A DNA stretch of 64,000 nt from Bradyrhizobiaceae bacterium PARB1 (GCA_002256345.1 NKIY01000004.1:15876-79875); one strand, 5' to 3'. Counted from the stretch's first letter, positions 28,487 to 38,706 are shown. The notes: generated by a model not told the origin, from the sequence alone. Made by a program: numbers and translations.

Positions 28487-29539
28487 ATGCAGCCAGCCAG
28501 CACGCCAGCCGACGACCTCCGCTATCCCATCGAGAGCCATCCCGGCCCCGATCAGGTCGTCGATATCGCCCCGGGCATCAAATGGCTCCGGCTCGATCTG
28601 CCGTTCCGCCTCAACCATGTGAACATCTATCTGCTCGCCGATGGCGATGGCTGGGCCATGGTCGACACCGGCTTCGGCAATGACGCTACCATCGCCGCCT
28701 GGACCAAACTGTTCGAAGGCCCGCTCAAGGGCATCGCCATCAGCAAGGTGATCGTGACCCACGCACATCCCGATCATGTCGGCCAGGCCGGCTGGATCGT
28801 GCAGCGCTTCGGCTGTCCCTTCTATATGTCGCAGGTCGAATATCTGCAGGGCGTCTATCACCAGAACCGCCGCACTGAAGAACGTCTGGTCAATATGCGC
28901 CAGTTCTTCCTGCGCCATGGCATGGATGCCGACATTACCGAGCAATTGCTCGGCCGCGGCCAGGACTATCTCAAGAAGACCGTGCCGCTCCCTGCCGCCT
29001 ATCGTCGTCTCCGCCACGGCGAAACCATCACCATCGGCGTGCGCAATTTCCGCATCATTACCGGCGCCGGCCATTCGCCCGAACAGGTCACGCTCTACAG
29101 TCCCGCCGACAATATCTATCTCTCTGCCGACCAGGTGCTCAGCAAGATCTCGCCCAATGTCAGCGTCTGGGCGCATGAACCCGACGAGAACGCACTCGGC
29201 GCCTATTTGACTTCGCTCAAAGCCATCGCTGAAGCTCTGCCCGATGATGCGCTGGTGCTGCCGGGTCATGGCGTGCCGTTCTACGGCCTCAAGATCAGGA
29301 TCAAGCAGCTCGCCGACCATCACGAGGAGCGCTGTCAGATGATCGCGGATGCCTGCCGCGCCGAGGCCAAGACCTCGGCGCAGCTCGTGCCGGTCGTGTT
29401 TCACAAGCACAAGCTGGACGCTCACCAGACCGGCTTCGCCGCCGGCGAGCTGATCGCCCACGTCAATTACATGCTGGCGGAAGGCCGGCTGAGCCAGGAG
29501 CTGTGCAGCGACGGCCTGCTGCGGTTTAGAGCGATCTAG
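28487..29539 (+). CDS. MBL-fold metallo-hydrolase
   Basis: HxHxDH motif (THAHPDHVG). 350 aa. The track ORF from 28247 overlaps bioB and is over-extended. Confidence 0.8.
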   Translation: MQPASTPADDLRYPIESHPGPDQVVDIAPGIKWLRLDLPFRLNHVNIYLLADGDGWAMVDTGFGNDATIAAWTKLFEGPLKGIAISKVIVTHAHPDHVGQAGWIVQRFGCPFYMSQVEYLQGVYHQNRRTEERLVNMRQFFLRHGMDADITEQLLGRGQDYLKKTVPLPAAYRRLRHGETITIGVRNFRIITGAGHSPEQVTLYSPADNIYLSADQVLSKISPNVSVWAHEPDENALGAYLTSLKAIAEALPDDALVLPGHGVPFYGLKIRIKQLADHHEERCQMIADACRAEAKTSAQLVPVVFHKHKLDAHQTGFAAGELIAHVNYMLAEGRLSQELCSDGLLRFRAI

Positions 29540-29557
29540 TCTGAGCACCGACTTCTC

Positions 29558-29610
29558 GTGTCCCGGTTCTGCGAAGCAGCGCTCCACGCTGCATCGCGCC
29601 CGGGACACGG
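29558..29610. repeat. Intergenic hairpin repeat (same family as 16067-16116)
   Basis: GTGTCCCGGTTCTGCGAAGCAGCGCTCCACGCTGCATCGCGCCCGGGACACGG. Confidence 0.6.
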
Positions 29611-29721
29611 CACAGTAGCCATTAGGCAATTTGCCCAATTGCGCCTCGACAGCCAGACTGGAAAAGCTCTAAAACGCAGATCAAAGCTGGGTTTCGGGTT
29701 CCGTTCTGGGTGTTCTTACCG

Positions 29722-30951
29722 ATGGATTACAGCAAGTTCTTCAGCGACGCGCTTTCCCGCCTTCATGACGAGCGCCGCTACCGTGTCTTCGCCGATCTCG
29801 AACGCATCGCCGGCCGGTTTCCGCATGCGGTCTGGCACACGCCCAAAGGTCCGCGCAATGTCGTGATCTGGTGCTCCAACGACTATCTCGGCATGGGCCA
29901 GCACCCGAAAGTGGTCGGAGCCATGGTCGAGACGGCGACCCGCGTCGGCACCGGCGCCGGCGGCACCCGCAACATCGCAGGCACCCATCATCCGCTGGTG
30001 CAGCTCGAGGAAGAACTCGCCGACCTCCACGGCAAGCAGGCGTCGCTGCTATTCACGTCCGGCTACGTCTCCAATCAGACCGGCATCTCCACCCTCGCAA
30101 AACTGATGCCGAACTGCCTCATTCTCTCCGATGCGCTCAACCACAATTCGATGATCGAGGGCATCCGGCAATCCGGCTGCGAGCGCATCGTGTTCCGCCA
30201 CAACGACGTCGCTCATCTCGAGGAGCTGCTGAAGGCCGCCGATCCCGCGCGCCCGAAGCTGATTGCCTGCGAGAGCCTGTATTCGATGGATGGCGACGTG
30301 GCGCCGCTGGCTGCGATCTGCGATCTCGCCGAGAAGTACAATGCCATGACCTATGTGGACGAAGTCCACGCGGTCGGCATGTATGGGCCGCGCGGCGGCG
30401 GCATCGCCGAACGCGACGGCGTCATGCATCGCATCGACGTGCTCGAAGGCACGCTGGCAAAAGCCTATGGCTGCCTCGGCGGCTACATCGCGGCGAGCAA
30501 GGATATCGTCGATGCCGTGCGCTCCTATGCGCCGGGCTTCATCTTCACCACGGCGCTGCCGCCGGCGATCTGCTCCGCCGCCACGGCCGCCATCAAGCAC
30601 CTCAAGACCTCAAGCTGGGAGCGCGAACGCCATCAGGACCGCGCCGCGCGCCTGAAGGCCGTACTGACCGCGGCCGGCATTCCGGTGATGTCCACGGATA
30701 CCCATATCGTTCCGGTGTTCGTCGGCGACGCCGAACTGTGCAAGAAGGCCAGCGATCTGCTGCTGGAAGATCACGGCATCTATATCCAGCCGATCAACTA
30801 CCCGACCGTCGCCAAGGGCGAAGAGCGCCTGCGCATCACGCCGTCACCCTATCATGACGACGTGCTGATCGATCATCTGGCAGAAGCGCTGCTGCAAGTG
30901 TGGGACGAACTCGGCATGCCGCTGCGCGCCAAGGCGATGGCTGCGGAGTAA
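29722..30951 (+). CDS. hemA: 5-aminolevulinate synthase
   Basis: [36 protein letters not shown]... is the canonical ALAS N-terminus. Alpha-oxoamine synthase family with PLP-lysine context GTLAKAYG. Confidence 0.92.
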   Translation: MDYSKFFSDALSRLHDERRYRVFADLERIAGRFPHAVWHTPKGPRNVVIWCSNDYLGMGQHPKVVGAMVETATRVGTGAGGTRNIAGTHHPLVQLEEELADLHGKQASLLFTSGYVSNQTGISTLAKLMPNCLILSDALNHNSMIEGIRQSGCERIVFRHNDVAHLEELLKAADPARPKLIACESLYSMDGDVAPLAAICDLAEKYNAMTYVDEVHAVGMYGPRGGGIAERDGVMHRIDVLEGTLAKAYGCLGGYIAASKDIVDAVRSYAPGFIFTTALPPAICSAATAAIKHLKTSSWERERHQDRAARLKAVLTAAGIPVMSTDTHIVPVFVGDAELCKKASDLLLEDHGIYIQPINYPTVAKGEERLRITPSPYHDDVLIDHLAEALLQVWDELGMPLRAKAMAAE

Positions 30952-30976
30952 AGCTGCGCGCAGACAGTTGAACCAC

Positions 30977-31058
30977 CGTCATGCCCGGGCTTGACCCGGG
31001 CATCCATCTTTCAGAGCCTGATGCAAGCTGGATGGCCGGGGCAAGCCCGGCCATGACG
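30977..31058. repeat. Intergenic palindromic repeat (same family as 12903-13006)
   Basis: GTCATGCCCGGGCTTGACCCGGGCATCCAT...GGATGGCCGGGGCAAGCCCGGCCATGAC. Confidence 0.6.
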
Positions 31059-31102
31059 AGTTCTATTGCGCACGCCTTACTGACAACTCGGAGACCTCCC
31101 CC

Positions 31103-31438
31103 TTGGACATCATCTGGAAAGGCATCCTTGGCGGCCTGCTGACAGCCCTGATCGCCTTCCTGTCCAAGCGCGGCAACACGCTGCCGGGCATCCTGCCGCT
31201 GTTTCCGACCTTCGCCATCATCGCGCTGGCCATCGTCGGCGCCAAGGGCGAGACCGCCGGTTTTCGCGAAGCCGTGCTGGCCGGCGCCAAGACCATCCCG
31301 GCCTATCTCGCTTTTCTCGGCACGTGCTATCTCGCCATCGGCGTGATGGATTACCGTCTCGCCATCGCCGCCGGCCTCGCCGCCTGGCTGGTGGTGATCC
31401 TGATCACTTTCTACGCCTTGCAGGCCATCTGGACGTAG
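31103..31438 (+). CDS. GlpM-like small membrane protein
   Basis: 111 aa with 4 TM helices, MDIIWKGILGGLLTALIAFLSKRG... Confidence 0.6.
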   Translation: MDIIWKGILGGLLTALIAFLSKRGNTLPGILPLFPTFAIIALAIVGAKGETAGFREAVLAGAKTIPAYLAFLGTCYLAIGVMDYRLAIAAGLAAWLVVILITFYALQAIWT

Positions 31439-31507
31439 TCAGGCGACGCCACGTCATCGAACTGACATCCGCCCACTCTAAGCGGGCGCTTTCAGATCGC
31501 GAGAGCC

Positions 31508-32143
31508 ATGACCGACATCCCCAAAGCGCCGAAGCTCGCCAGGACCTTCATCCATCCCACCGTCTCGTCGCGCAATGTAGAGATCGGCACCAGCTGCGAA
31601 ATCCTCGACAACACGCACATCGAGTACACTTTGCTCGGCGACTACAGCTATCTCGGCCCCAATTGCATGGTGGCCGACGCCCGCATCGGAAAATTCTGCG
31701 CCATCGCGGCATCGGTGCGGATCGGCGCCCCCAACCATCCGATGGACCGCCCGTCACTGCACCGCTTCACTTATTGCCCGGAATATTACAGCGCCACAGC
31801 AACGCGCGACGCCGGCTTTTTCGCAAACCGGCGGGATGATGTCGTCACCATCGGTCACGACGTCTGGATCGGCCATGGCGTGATTGTCTTGCCGGGAGTG
31901 ACCGTGGGTGACGGCGCCGTGCTTGCCGCCGGCGCTGTCGTCAGCCGCGATGTCGCGCCCTACAGCATCGTTGGGGGCGTGCCGGCAAAGCTCATTCGCC
32001 GGCGCTTCTCCGAAGACATCGCCGCCCGCCTTGCCCGGATCGCGTGGTGGGACTGGCCCTTTGACACCATTCTCGCGCGCCTTCCGGACTTCCAGAGCGA
32101 CGGCATCGAAGCATTCTGTGCCAAATGGGACCGCGCCGCCTGA
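31508..32143 (+). CDS. Hexapeptide-repeat acetyltransferase (XAT / phosphonate-metabolism-transferase-like family)
   Basis: Left-handed beta-helix repeats (IGHDVWIGHGVIVLPGVTVGDGAVLAAGAVVSRDV) and the conserved ...HRFTYCPEYY... and WWDWP segments. Confidence 0.75.
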   Translation: MTDIPKAPKLARTFIHPTVSSRNVEIGTSCEILDNTHIEYTLLGDYSYLGPNCMVADARIGKFCAIAASVRIGAPNHPMDRPSLHRFTYCPEYYSATATRDAGFFANRRDDVVTIGHDVWIGHGVIVLPGVTVGDGAVLAAGAVVSRDVAPYSIVGGVPAKLIRRRFSEDIAARLARIAWWDWPFDTILARLPDFQSDGIEAFCAKWDRAA

Positions 32144-32258
32144 TCCGGCACCCCGGCGGGCGTAAACCCTCCCACCAGATCCCTGTCGCCGCCCCGCCGA
32201 CAACGCGCTAGTTTCGCATCCCTGCGCGGGCCCTCGCCCGCCGCCTGGAGCCAGCCGC

Positions 32259-35200
32259 ATGCTGCATGACTGGGGCGTAATCGTCGCCGCCCTTCTCTAT
32301 ATCGGTTTTCTGTTCTGCGTCGCCTCCTATGGCGACCGGGTCGGGCTGTTCCGGAGCGGCGTCGCCGGCCGGCTGATCTATCCGCTGTCGCTGGCGATCT
32401 ATTGTACCTCATGGACGTTCTTCGGCTCGGTCGGCGTCGCCAGCCGCACCAGCGTGGATTTCATCGCCATCTATATTGGGCCGTTCCTGCTGTTCGTGTT
32501 CGGTGCGCCGCTGCTGCGCCGGGTGATCCACCTGGCGAAATCGCAAAACATCACGTCCATCGCCGATTTCATCGCCGCGCGTTACGGCAAGAGCCAGGCC
32601 GTGGCCGCCACGGTCGCCGTGATCGCCATCATCGGTTCGGTGCCCTATATCGCCCTGCAGCTCAAAGCCGTTGCCTCTTCGCTGGAAACCATTCTCGGCG
32701 ATGACAAAGCCATTGCCGGCGTGCCGATCGTCGGCGACATGGCGCTGGTCGTGACGCTCGCCATGGCCGTATTTGCCGTCGCCTTCGGCACCCGTCATGC
32801 CAACGCCACCGAGCATCAGCACGGATTGATGCTCGCTGTCGCCACCGAGTCGATCATCAAGCTCGTCGTCTTCATCGTTGCCGGCGCCTTCGTCACTTTC
32901 ATGATGTTCTCGCCGCACGAACTCTATGAGCGTGCGATGAAGACGCCGGAAGCGCTGCGCGCCATCGACTACTCGCCATCGCTCGGCAATTTCCTCACCA
33001 TGGTGGTGCTATCCTTCTGCGCCATCATGCTGCTGCCGCGTCAGTTCCATGTCAGCGTGGTGGAGAATGCCGGCGATGCCGGCGTTGCCCGCGCGCGCTG
33101 GATGTTTCCGCTCTATCTCGTCGCCATCAACCTGTTCGTGATCCCGATCGCGCTGGCCGGCCTCGTCACCTTTCCGTTCGGCGCTGTCGATAGCGACATG
33201 TATGTGTTGGCGCTGCCCATCGAGGCAGGCTCGCACGCCCTCAGCATGGCCGTCTTCATTGGCGGCCTCTCGGCGGCCACCGCCATGGTGATCGTCGAAT
33301 GCGTCGCGCTCGCGATCATGGTGTCGAACGACATCCTGCTGCCGCTGGCGCTCCGCCGTCGCGCCACGCCGCCGAACAGCGAAACCGACTACGGCAACTT
33401 CCTGCTCCGCGCACGCCGTTTGTCCATCTTCGCCATCATGGTGATGGCCTATTTCTATTTCCGCGCCCTCGGCAACGCCCAGCTCGCCGCCATCGGCCTG
33501 CTCTCTTTCGCCGCCATCGCACAATTCGCGCCGGCCTTTTTCGGTGGCCTGCTGTGGCGCCGCGCCACCGCCCGCGGCGCCATGGGCGGCATGGTCGTCG
33601 GCTTCATCGTCTGGGCCTATACGCTGTTCATCCCGAGCTTCCTCGACACCACCACCGCCGGCGTGCTGTTCCTGCAGCACGGCCCGTTCGGCATCGAGGC
33701 GCTGCGTCCGCAGGATCTGTTCGGCTCGAATCTGCCGCCGCTGATGCACGGCACGCTATGGAGCCTGTCGCTCAACATCCTCACTTACATCGTGCTGTCG
33801 CTGATGCGCGCGCCGTCGTCGATCGAGCGCCTGCAGGCCGACATGTTCGTGCCCAACACCCTGACGCCGATCACACCGCCATTCCGGCGCTGGCGCACGA
33901 CTGTGACGGTGCAGGACATCCAGAATACGGTGACCCAATATATCGGCGAAGCGCGCACCCGCGAAAACTTCGATGCTTTCGCGACACGCCGACGTGTCGA
34001 CCTCGATCCGAACGCGCCCGCCGACTTCGAACTGCTGAAGCATGCCGAGTATCTGATCGCCTCCTCGATCGGCGCCGCGTCGTCACGCGTGGTCATGTCG
34101 CTGCTGCTGCGCAAGCGCACCGTGTCCGCCAAGGCTGCCCTCAAGCTGCTCGACGAATCCCACGCGGCGCTGCATTTCAACCGTGAAATCCTGCAGACCG
34201 CGCTCAATCACGTGCGTCAGGGCATCGTCGTCTTCAATCCCGATCTGCAATTGATCGTCTCCAATCAGCACTTCGGCGAGCTTCTCGGTCTGCCGCCGCA
34301 GATCGTTCAGATCGGCATCCCCCTGCGGGAGATTCTCGAATTCATCGACATTCATAGTGTACCGCCCTCGGGCAATTACGAGAGCCGGCTGGAAACGCGG
34401 TTGAAGGCCTACACCGCTGAAGGCACGCCCTATCTCGAACGGCTGAAGGATCGTCATCTCGTCATTGAGGTGCGCGCCAACAAGATGCCCGATGGCGGCC
34501 TGGTGCTCACCTTCACCGACGTCACGCCAAGCTTCGAGGCCGCCGAGGCGCTGGAGCGCGCCAATGCCACGCTGGAAAAGCGCGTGCGCGAGCGCACGGA
34601 GGAGCTGACGCGGCTGAACAGCGAGCTGGCGCGCGCCAAGAGCACCGCCGAAGAAGCGAACATTTCCAAGACCCGCTTCCTTGCGGCCGCCGGGCACGAC
34701 ATCCTGCAGCCGCTGAATGCGGCGCGTCTCTATGTCACCAGCCTGGTCGAGCGCAAGGGCGGCGGCGAGGACGCACGCCTGGTCGAAAACATCGATGAAT
34801 CGCTCGAAGCCATCGAGGAAATCCTCGGGGCGCTGCTCGATATCTCGCGCCTCGATGCCGGCGCGATGACACCGGCGATTTCCTCGTTCCGCATAGGCGA
34901 CCTGATGCGCTCGCTGGAAATCGAATATGCGCCGATCGCGCGCGCGAAAGGCATCGAACTGTGCTTCGTGCCATGCTCGCTGCCCGTGGAATCGGATCGC
35001 CTGCTGCTGCGCCGCCTGCTGCAGAACCTGATTTCCAATGCCATCAAGTATACGCCGAAGGGGCGCGTGCTGGTCGGCTGCCATCGCCGCGGCCACGCGC
35101 TGCGGATCGGCATCTACGACACCGGCGTCGGCATCCCCATTCTCAAGCGCGGCGAAATCTTCAAGGAATTCCATCGACTCGAACAAGGCGCCCGTATCGC

Positions 35201-35777
35201 GCGTGGCCTCGGCCTCGGCCTGTCCATCGTCAAGCGTCTCGCTCATGTGCTCAATCACGGCATCGCGCTGGATTCGAATCGCAGCGGCGGCTCGGTCTTC
35301 TCGGTGACCGTGCCGGTCGCGCAGGCGATCAACCACACCGCCGTGGTGACATCAGCGACGCCGCTGGCGAAAGCGCCGATGTCGGGCACGCTGATCGTCT
35401 GCATCGAGAACGATCCGGCGATCCTCGACGGCATGAAGACGCTGCTGCAGGCCTGGGGATCGGATGTGATCGCCGTGCCCGATCCGGAAGCGGCGATGGA
35501 GGCCATTGCCGAGATCCAGGCCTCGGGCCGCCGCCTCACCGGCATTCTCGTCGATTATCACCTTGACCGCGGCAACGGTATCGCCGCCATCCGCGCCATC
35601 CGCAGCCGCTTCGGCAAGGACATTCCGGCGATCCTGATCACCGCCGATCGCAGCCCGCATGTCCGCTCGGCCGCGCGGCAGGACAAGATCGCCGTACAGA
35701 ACAAGCCCGTGAAGCCCGCAAGCTTGCGCGCATTGCTGGGACAGTGGCGGAGCCAGCAGATGGTGGCGGCGGAGTAG
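32259..35777 (+). CDS. Hybrid sensor histidine kinase/response regulator with an N-terminal sodium:solute-symporter-like domain (CrbS/CbrA-type architecture)
   Basis: About 500 aa of 12-13 TM helices with SSF-like sequence, then PAS-like region, H-box FLAAAGHDILQPLNAARLY, HATPase (GLGLGLSIVKRLA) and a C-terminal REC (ILVDYHLDRGNG). RBS GGAG upstream of the ATG at 32259. Confidence 0.85.
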   Translation: MLHDWGVIVAALLYIGFLFCVASYGDRVGLFRSGVAGRLIYPLSLAIYCTSWTFFGSVGVASRTSVDFIAIYIGPFLLFVFGAPLLRRVIHLAKSQNITSIADFIAARYGKSQAVAATVAVIAIIGSVPYIALQLKAVASSLETILGDDKAIAGVPIVGDMALVVTLAMAVFAVAFGTRHANATEHQHGLMLAVATESIIKLVVFIVAGAFVTFMMFSPHELYERAMKTPEALRAIDYSPSLGNFLTMVVLSFCAIMLLPRQFHVSVVENAGDAGVARARWMFPLYLVAINLFVIPIALAGLVTFPFGAVDSDMYVLALPIEAGSHALSMAVFIGGLSAATAMVIVECVALAIMVSNDILLPLALRRRATPPNSETDYGNFLLRARRLSIFAIMVMAYFYFRALGNAQLAAIGLLSFAAIAQFAPAFFGGLLWRRATARGAMGGMVVGFIVWAYTLFIPSFLDTTTAGVLFLQHGPFGIEALRPQDLFGSNLPPLMHGTLWSLSLNILTYIVLSLMRAPSSIERLQADMFVPNTLTPITPPFRRWRTTVTVQDIQNTVTQYIGEARTRENFDAFATRRRVDLDPNAPADFELLKHAEYLIASSIGAASSRVVMSLLLRKRTVSAKAALKLLDESHAALHFNREILQTALNHVRQGIVVFNPDLQLIVSNQHFGELLGLPPQIVQIGIPLREILEFIDIHSVPPSGNYESRLETRLKAYTAEGTPYLERLKDRHLVIEVRANKMPDGGLVLTFTDVTPSFEAAEALERANATLEKRVRERTEELTRLNSELARAKSTAEEANISKTRFLAAAGHDILQPLNAARLYVTSLVERKGGGEDARLVENIDESLEAIEEILGALLDISRLDAGAMTPAISSFRIGDLMRSLEIEYAPIARAKGIELCFVPCSLPVESDRLLLRRLLQNLISNAIKYTPKGRVLVGCHRRGHALRIGIYDTGVGIPILKRGEIFKEFHRLEQGARIARGLGLGLSIVKRLAHVLNHGIALDSNRSGGSVFSVTVPVAQAINHTAVVTSATPLAKAPMSGTLIVCIENDPAILDGMKTLLQAWGSDVIAVPDPEAAMEAIAEIQASGRRLTGILVDYHLDRGNGIAAIRAIRSRFGKDIPAILITADRSPHVRSAARQDKIAVQNKPVKPASLRALLGQWRSQQMVAAE

Positions 35778-35793
35778 CGAGCCAATCATTGCT

Positions 35794-35896
35794 GTCATCG
35801 CCCGGCTTGACCGGCGATCCAGTACACACTGGCATTCGTGATAGAAGCGACAGGTCGCAGTCTACTGGGTCACCCGGTCAAGCCGGGTGACGACAA
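35794..35896. repeat. Intergenic palindromic repeat (same family as 12903-13006)
   Basis: GTCATCGCCCGGCTTGACCGGCGATCCAGT...GGGTCACCCGGTCAAGCCGGGTGACGAC, between convergent genes. Confidence 0.6.
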
Positions 35897-35907
35897 GAAA
35901 GCGACAC

Positions 35908-36582
35908 TTACGACACCACATCCTGCTTCCACGGACCGCCGGCGATCTTCGCCGCGGCGATCACCGCCTGGGTGCGGCTCTCGACACCCAGCTTCTGCAG
36001 GATCGCCGAGACATGCGCCTTGATGGTCGCCTCGGACACGCCGAGCTCATAGGCGATCTGCTTGTTGAGCAATCCCTCGGACAACATCATCAGCACGCGC
36101 ACCTGCTGCGGCGTCAGCGTCACCAGGCGATCGCGCAGCTTCGACATCTCCGGATCGGCCGCAGCCGACATGTCGATATCCGGCGGAACCCACACATCGC
36201 CGTCCATCACTTTCGTGATCGCGTTATGCAACGTGTCGACACCGAACCGTTTCGGAATGAAACCCGAGGCGCCGAAATCCAGCGATTGCCGGATCGTACC
36301 GACATCGTCGCTCGCCGACACGATCACCACCGGGATCGCGGGATACTGCGCACGCAGATAGATCAGGCCGGAAAAACCCGAGATGCCCGGCATCGACAGA
36401 TCGAGCAGGATCAGATCGACATCCGAATCCTCCTCAAGCAGCTTGGTGAGATCCTCGAAAGTTCCCGTCTCGTCGATGGCCGTGGTCGGAAGCACGCTGC
36501 TGACCGCCTGCCGCAACGCACCTCGGAACAACGGATGGTCATCGGCAATGATGAGACGCGAGGGAGCAAGTACCGTCATCAA
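35908..36582 (-). CDS. LuxR/FixJ/NarL-family response regulator (CrbR-like)
   Basis: REC domain (IIADDHPLFR...DLILLDLSMPG) plus a LuxR HTH (LTPQQVRVLMMLSEGLLNKQIAYELGVSEATIKAHV). Confidence 0.88.
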   Translation of the reverse strand: MMTVLAPSRLIIADDHPLFRGALRQAVSSVLPTTAIDETGTFEDLTKLLEEDSDVDLILLDLSMPGISGFSGLIYLRAQYPAIPVVIVSASDDVGTIRQSLDFGASGFIPKRFGVDTLHNAITKVMDGDVWVPPDIDMSAAADPEMSKLRDRLVTLTPQQVRVLMMLSEGLLNKQIAYELGVSEATIKAHVSAILQKLGVESRTQAVIAAAKIAGGPWKQDVVS

Positions 36583-36959
36583 GATCCGTCACTGCAGCGG
36601 TCGCCTCGCGGGCCACCATGTTGGGCAAGCACGCCAAATGCGCACCGGAGTTGCAATGTCGCCCGGTCGCACATCCCATGCAAGTACGCAATGCTGCCAC
36701 GCGGTAAAATGGTGAACGGCGATTGTGCGGCGCAAACCCTCCATCGCTCCCCTCTGCCCTGCGACGTCGCGTAGCAGGCACGGCCGGGAACGCCGAAAGT
36801 CGAAGGCCTAAAGTCGTATTGGGTCGGGTTTCCACGCAATGGTAGCGTGTGTTCCAACGCTCCCTGCAGTGGCTGGCGTAGTTCAGCGCAGCGAGCGAGA
36901 CGGTCGACAAGACCAGCAGCGACAGACTTGCAGCAACACATTCGGGGAGCGATTCACAC

Positions 36960-38648
36960 ATGTCTACCATGGCAGCTACATCCGCGAAGTCCGCGGGGAT
37001 GACGAAGGACGAACGTTTCGTCATCTTCGCCTCCTCCCTCGGCACCGTCTTCGAGTGGTACGACTTCTACCTGTTCGGATCGCTCGCCGGTGTCATCGGC
37101 GCCCAGTTCTTCGGCGTCATCGATCCGGCCACCGGCCAGCCGATGTTCAACCAGGCGACCCGCGACATTTTCGCGCTGCTCGCTTTCGCCGCCGGCTTCA
37201 TCGTTCGTCCGTTCGGCGCCATCGTGTTCGGCCGCGTCGGCGACATCGTCGGCCGCAAATACACCTTCCTCGTCACCATCCTGATCATGGGCCTGTCGAC
37301 CTTCATCGTCGGCATCCTGCCCAATGCCGCCACCATCGGCATCGCCGCCCCGATCATCCTGATCGTGCTGCGCCTCGCCCAGGGCCTCGCCCTCGGCGGC
37401 GAATATGGCGGCGCGGCGACTTACGTGGCGGAGCACTCGCCGCCCGGCAAGCGCGGCTACTACACATCGTTCATCCAGACCACCGCAACGCTGGGCCTGT
37501 TCCTGTCGCTGCTGGTGATCCTGTTCACACGCACGATCCTCGGCGAGGCCGAATTCGCCAAGTGGGGCTGGCGCATTCCGTTCCTGGTCTCGGTGGCGCT
37601 GCTCGGCATCTCGGTCTGGATTCGTCTGCGCCTGAACGAATCGCCGGTCTTCCAGAAGATGAAGGATGAGGGCAAGACCTCGAAGGCGCCGCTCACCGAA
37701 GCCTTCGGCAACTGGAGCAACGCCAAGCTGGTGCTGATCGCCCTGCTCGGCGGCGTGATGGGTCAGGGCGTTGTCTGGTACACCGGCCAGTTCTACGCGC
37801 TGTTCTTCATGCAATCGATCCTGAAGGTCGACGGCTACACCGCGAACCTGCTGATCGCATGGTCGCTGCTGCTCGGCACCGGCTTCTTCATCTTCTGGGG
37901 TGCCCTGTCCGACAAGATCGGCCGCAAGCCGATCATCCTGGCAGGCTGCCTGATCGCGGCGCTGACCTTCTTCCCGATCTTCCGCATGATCACCACCAAT
38001 GCCAATCCGACGTTGGAAAAGGCGATCGAGACCGTCAAGGTCGAGGTTGTCGCCGATCCCGCCCAGTGCGGCGATCTGTTCAACCCGGTCGGCACCCGCG
38101 TCTTCACCAAGCCTTGCGATACGGCCCGCGCCTATCTCGCCCAGTCGTCGGTGAAGTACTCGACCACCTCGGGTCCTGCCGGTTCGCCGGTCAAGGTCAC
38201 GGTCAACGGCAAGGACGTTCCTTACGTCGACGCCAAGACCTCGAATCCGCAGGTACTCGCGGCGGTGCAGGCGGCAGGCTATCCGAAGGCCAATGACGCG
38301 CAGATCATCAAGATGGCGCATCCGTTCGACATCTTCCGTCCGCAGGTTGCGGCGGTGATCGGTCTGCTGTTCGTCCTGGTGCTGTTCGTCACCATGGTCT
38401 ACGGCCCGATCGCGGCGATGCTCGTCGAGTTGTTCCCGACCAAGATCCGCTACACCTCTATGTCGCTGCCGTATCACATCGGCAACGGCTGGTTTGGCGG
38501 CCTCTTGCCGGCAACGGCCTTCGCCATCGTGGCCTCCACCGGCGACATCTATGCCGGCCTCTGGTATCCGATCATCTTCGCAGCGATCACCGTGGTTATC
38601 GGCGCGATCTTCCTGCCGGAGACCAAGGACGTCGACATCTCGCGCTGA
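36960..38648 (+). CDS. MFS transporter, metabolite:H+ symporter (MHS)-like, with a long extra-membrane insertion
   Basis: FEWYDFYLFGSLA and GRVGDIVGRKYTF motifs are typical of MHS. 562 aa with a ~100-aa hydrophilic insert (…KVEVVADPAQCGDLFNPVGTRVFTKPCD…). Confidence 0.82.
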   Translation: MSTMAATSAKSAGMTKDERFVIFASSLGTVFEWYDFYLFGSLAGVIGAQFFGVIDPATGQPMFNQATRDIFALLAFAAGFIVRPFGAIVFGRVGDIVGRKYTFLVTILIMGLSTFIVGILPNAATIGIAAPIILIVLRLAQGLALGGEYGGAATYVAEHSPPGKRGYYTSFIQTTATLGLFLSLLVILFTRTILGEAEFAKWGWRIPFLVSVALLGISVWIRLRLNESPVFQKMKDEGKTSKAPLTEAFGNWSNAKLVLIALLGGVMGQGVVWYTGQFYALFFMQSILKVDGYTANLLIAWSLLLGTGFFIFWGALSDKIGRKPIILAGCLIAALTFFPIFRMITTNANPTLEKAIETVKVEVVADPAQCGDLFNPVGTRVFTKPCDTARAYLAQSSVKYSTTSGPAGSPVKVTVNGKDVPYVDAKTSNPQVLAAVQAAGYPKANDAQIIKMAHPFDIFRPQVAAVIGLLFVLVLFVTMVYGPIAAMLVELFPTKIRYTSMSLPYHIGNGWFGGLLPATAFAIVASTGDIYAGLWYPIIFAAITVVIGAIFLPETKDVDISR

Positions 38649-38668
38649 TCTCGACCGACGCGAATAAC

Positions 38669-38704
38669 AAAGGCCGCGGAGTGATCCGCGGCCTTTTTTG
38701 TTTG
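38669..38704 (+). terminator. Rho-independent terminator after the MFS gene
   Basis: AGGCCGCGGA-GTGA-TCCGCGGCC followed by TTTTTTGTTTG. Confidence 0.8.
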
Positions 38705-38706
38705 TC

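Noticed and set aside
29655-29700. TTGATCTGCGTTTT (reverse strand) upstream of hemA as a possible FixK/FNR box.
   Set aside because: Only one TTGAT half-site is present and the partner ATCAA is missing.
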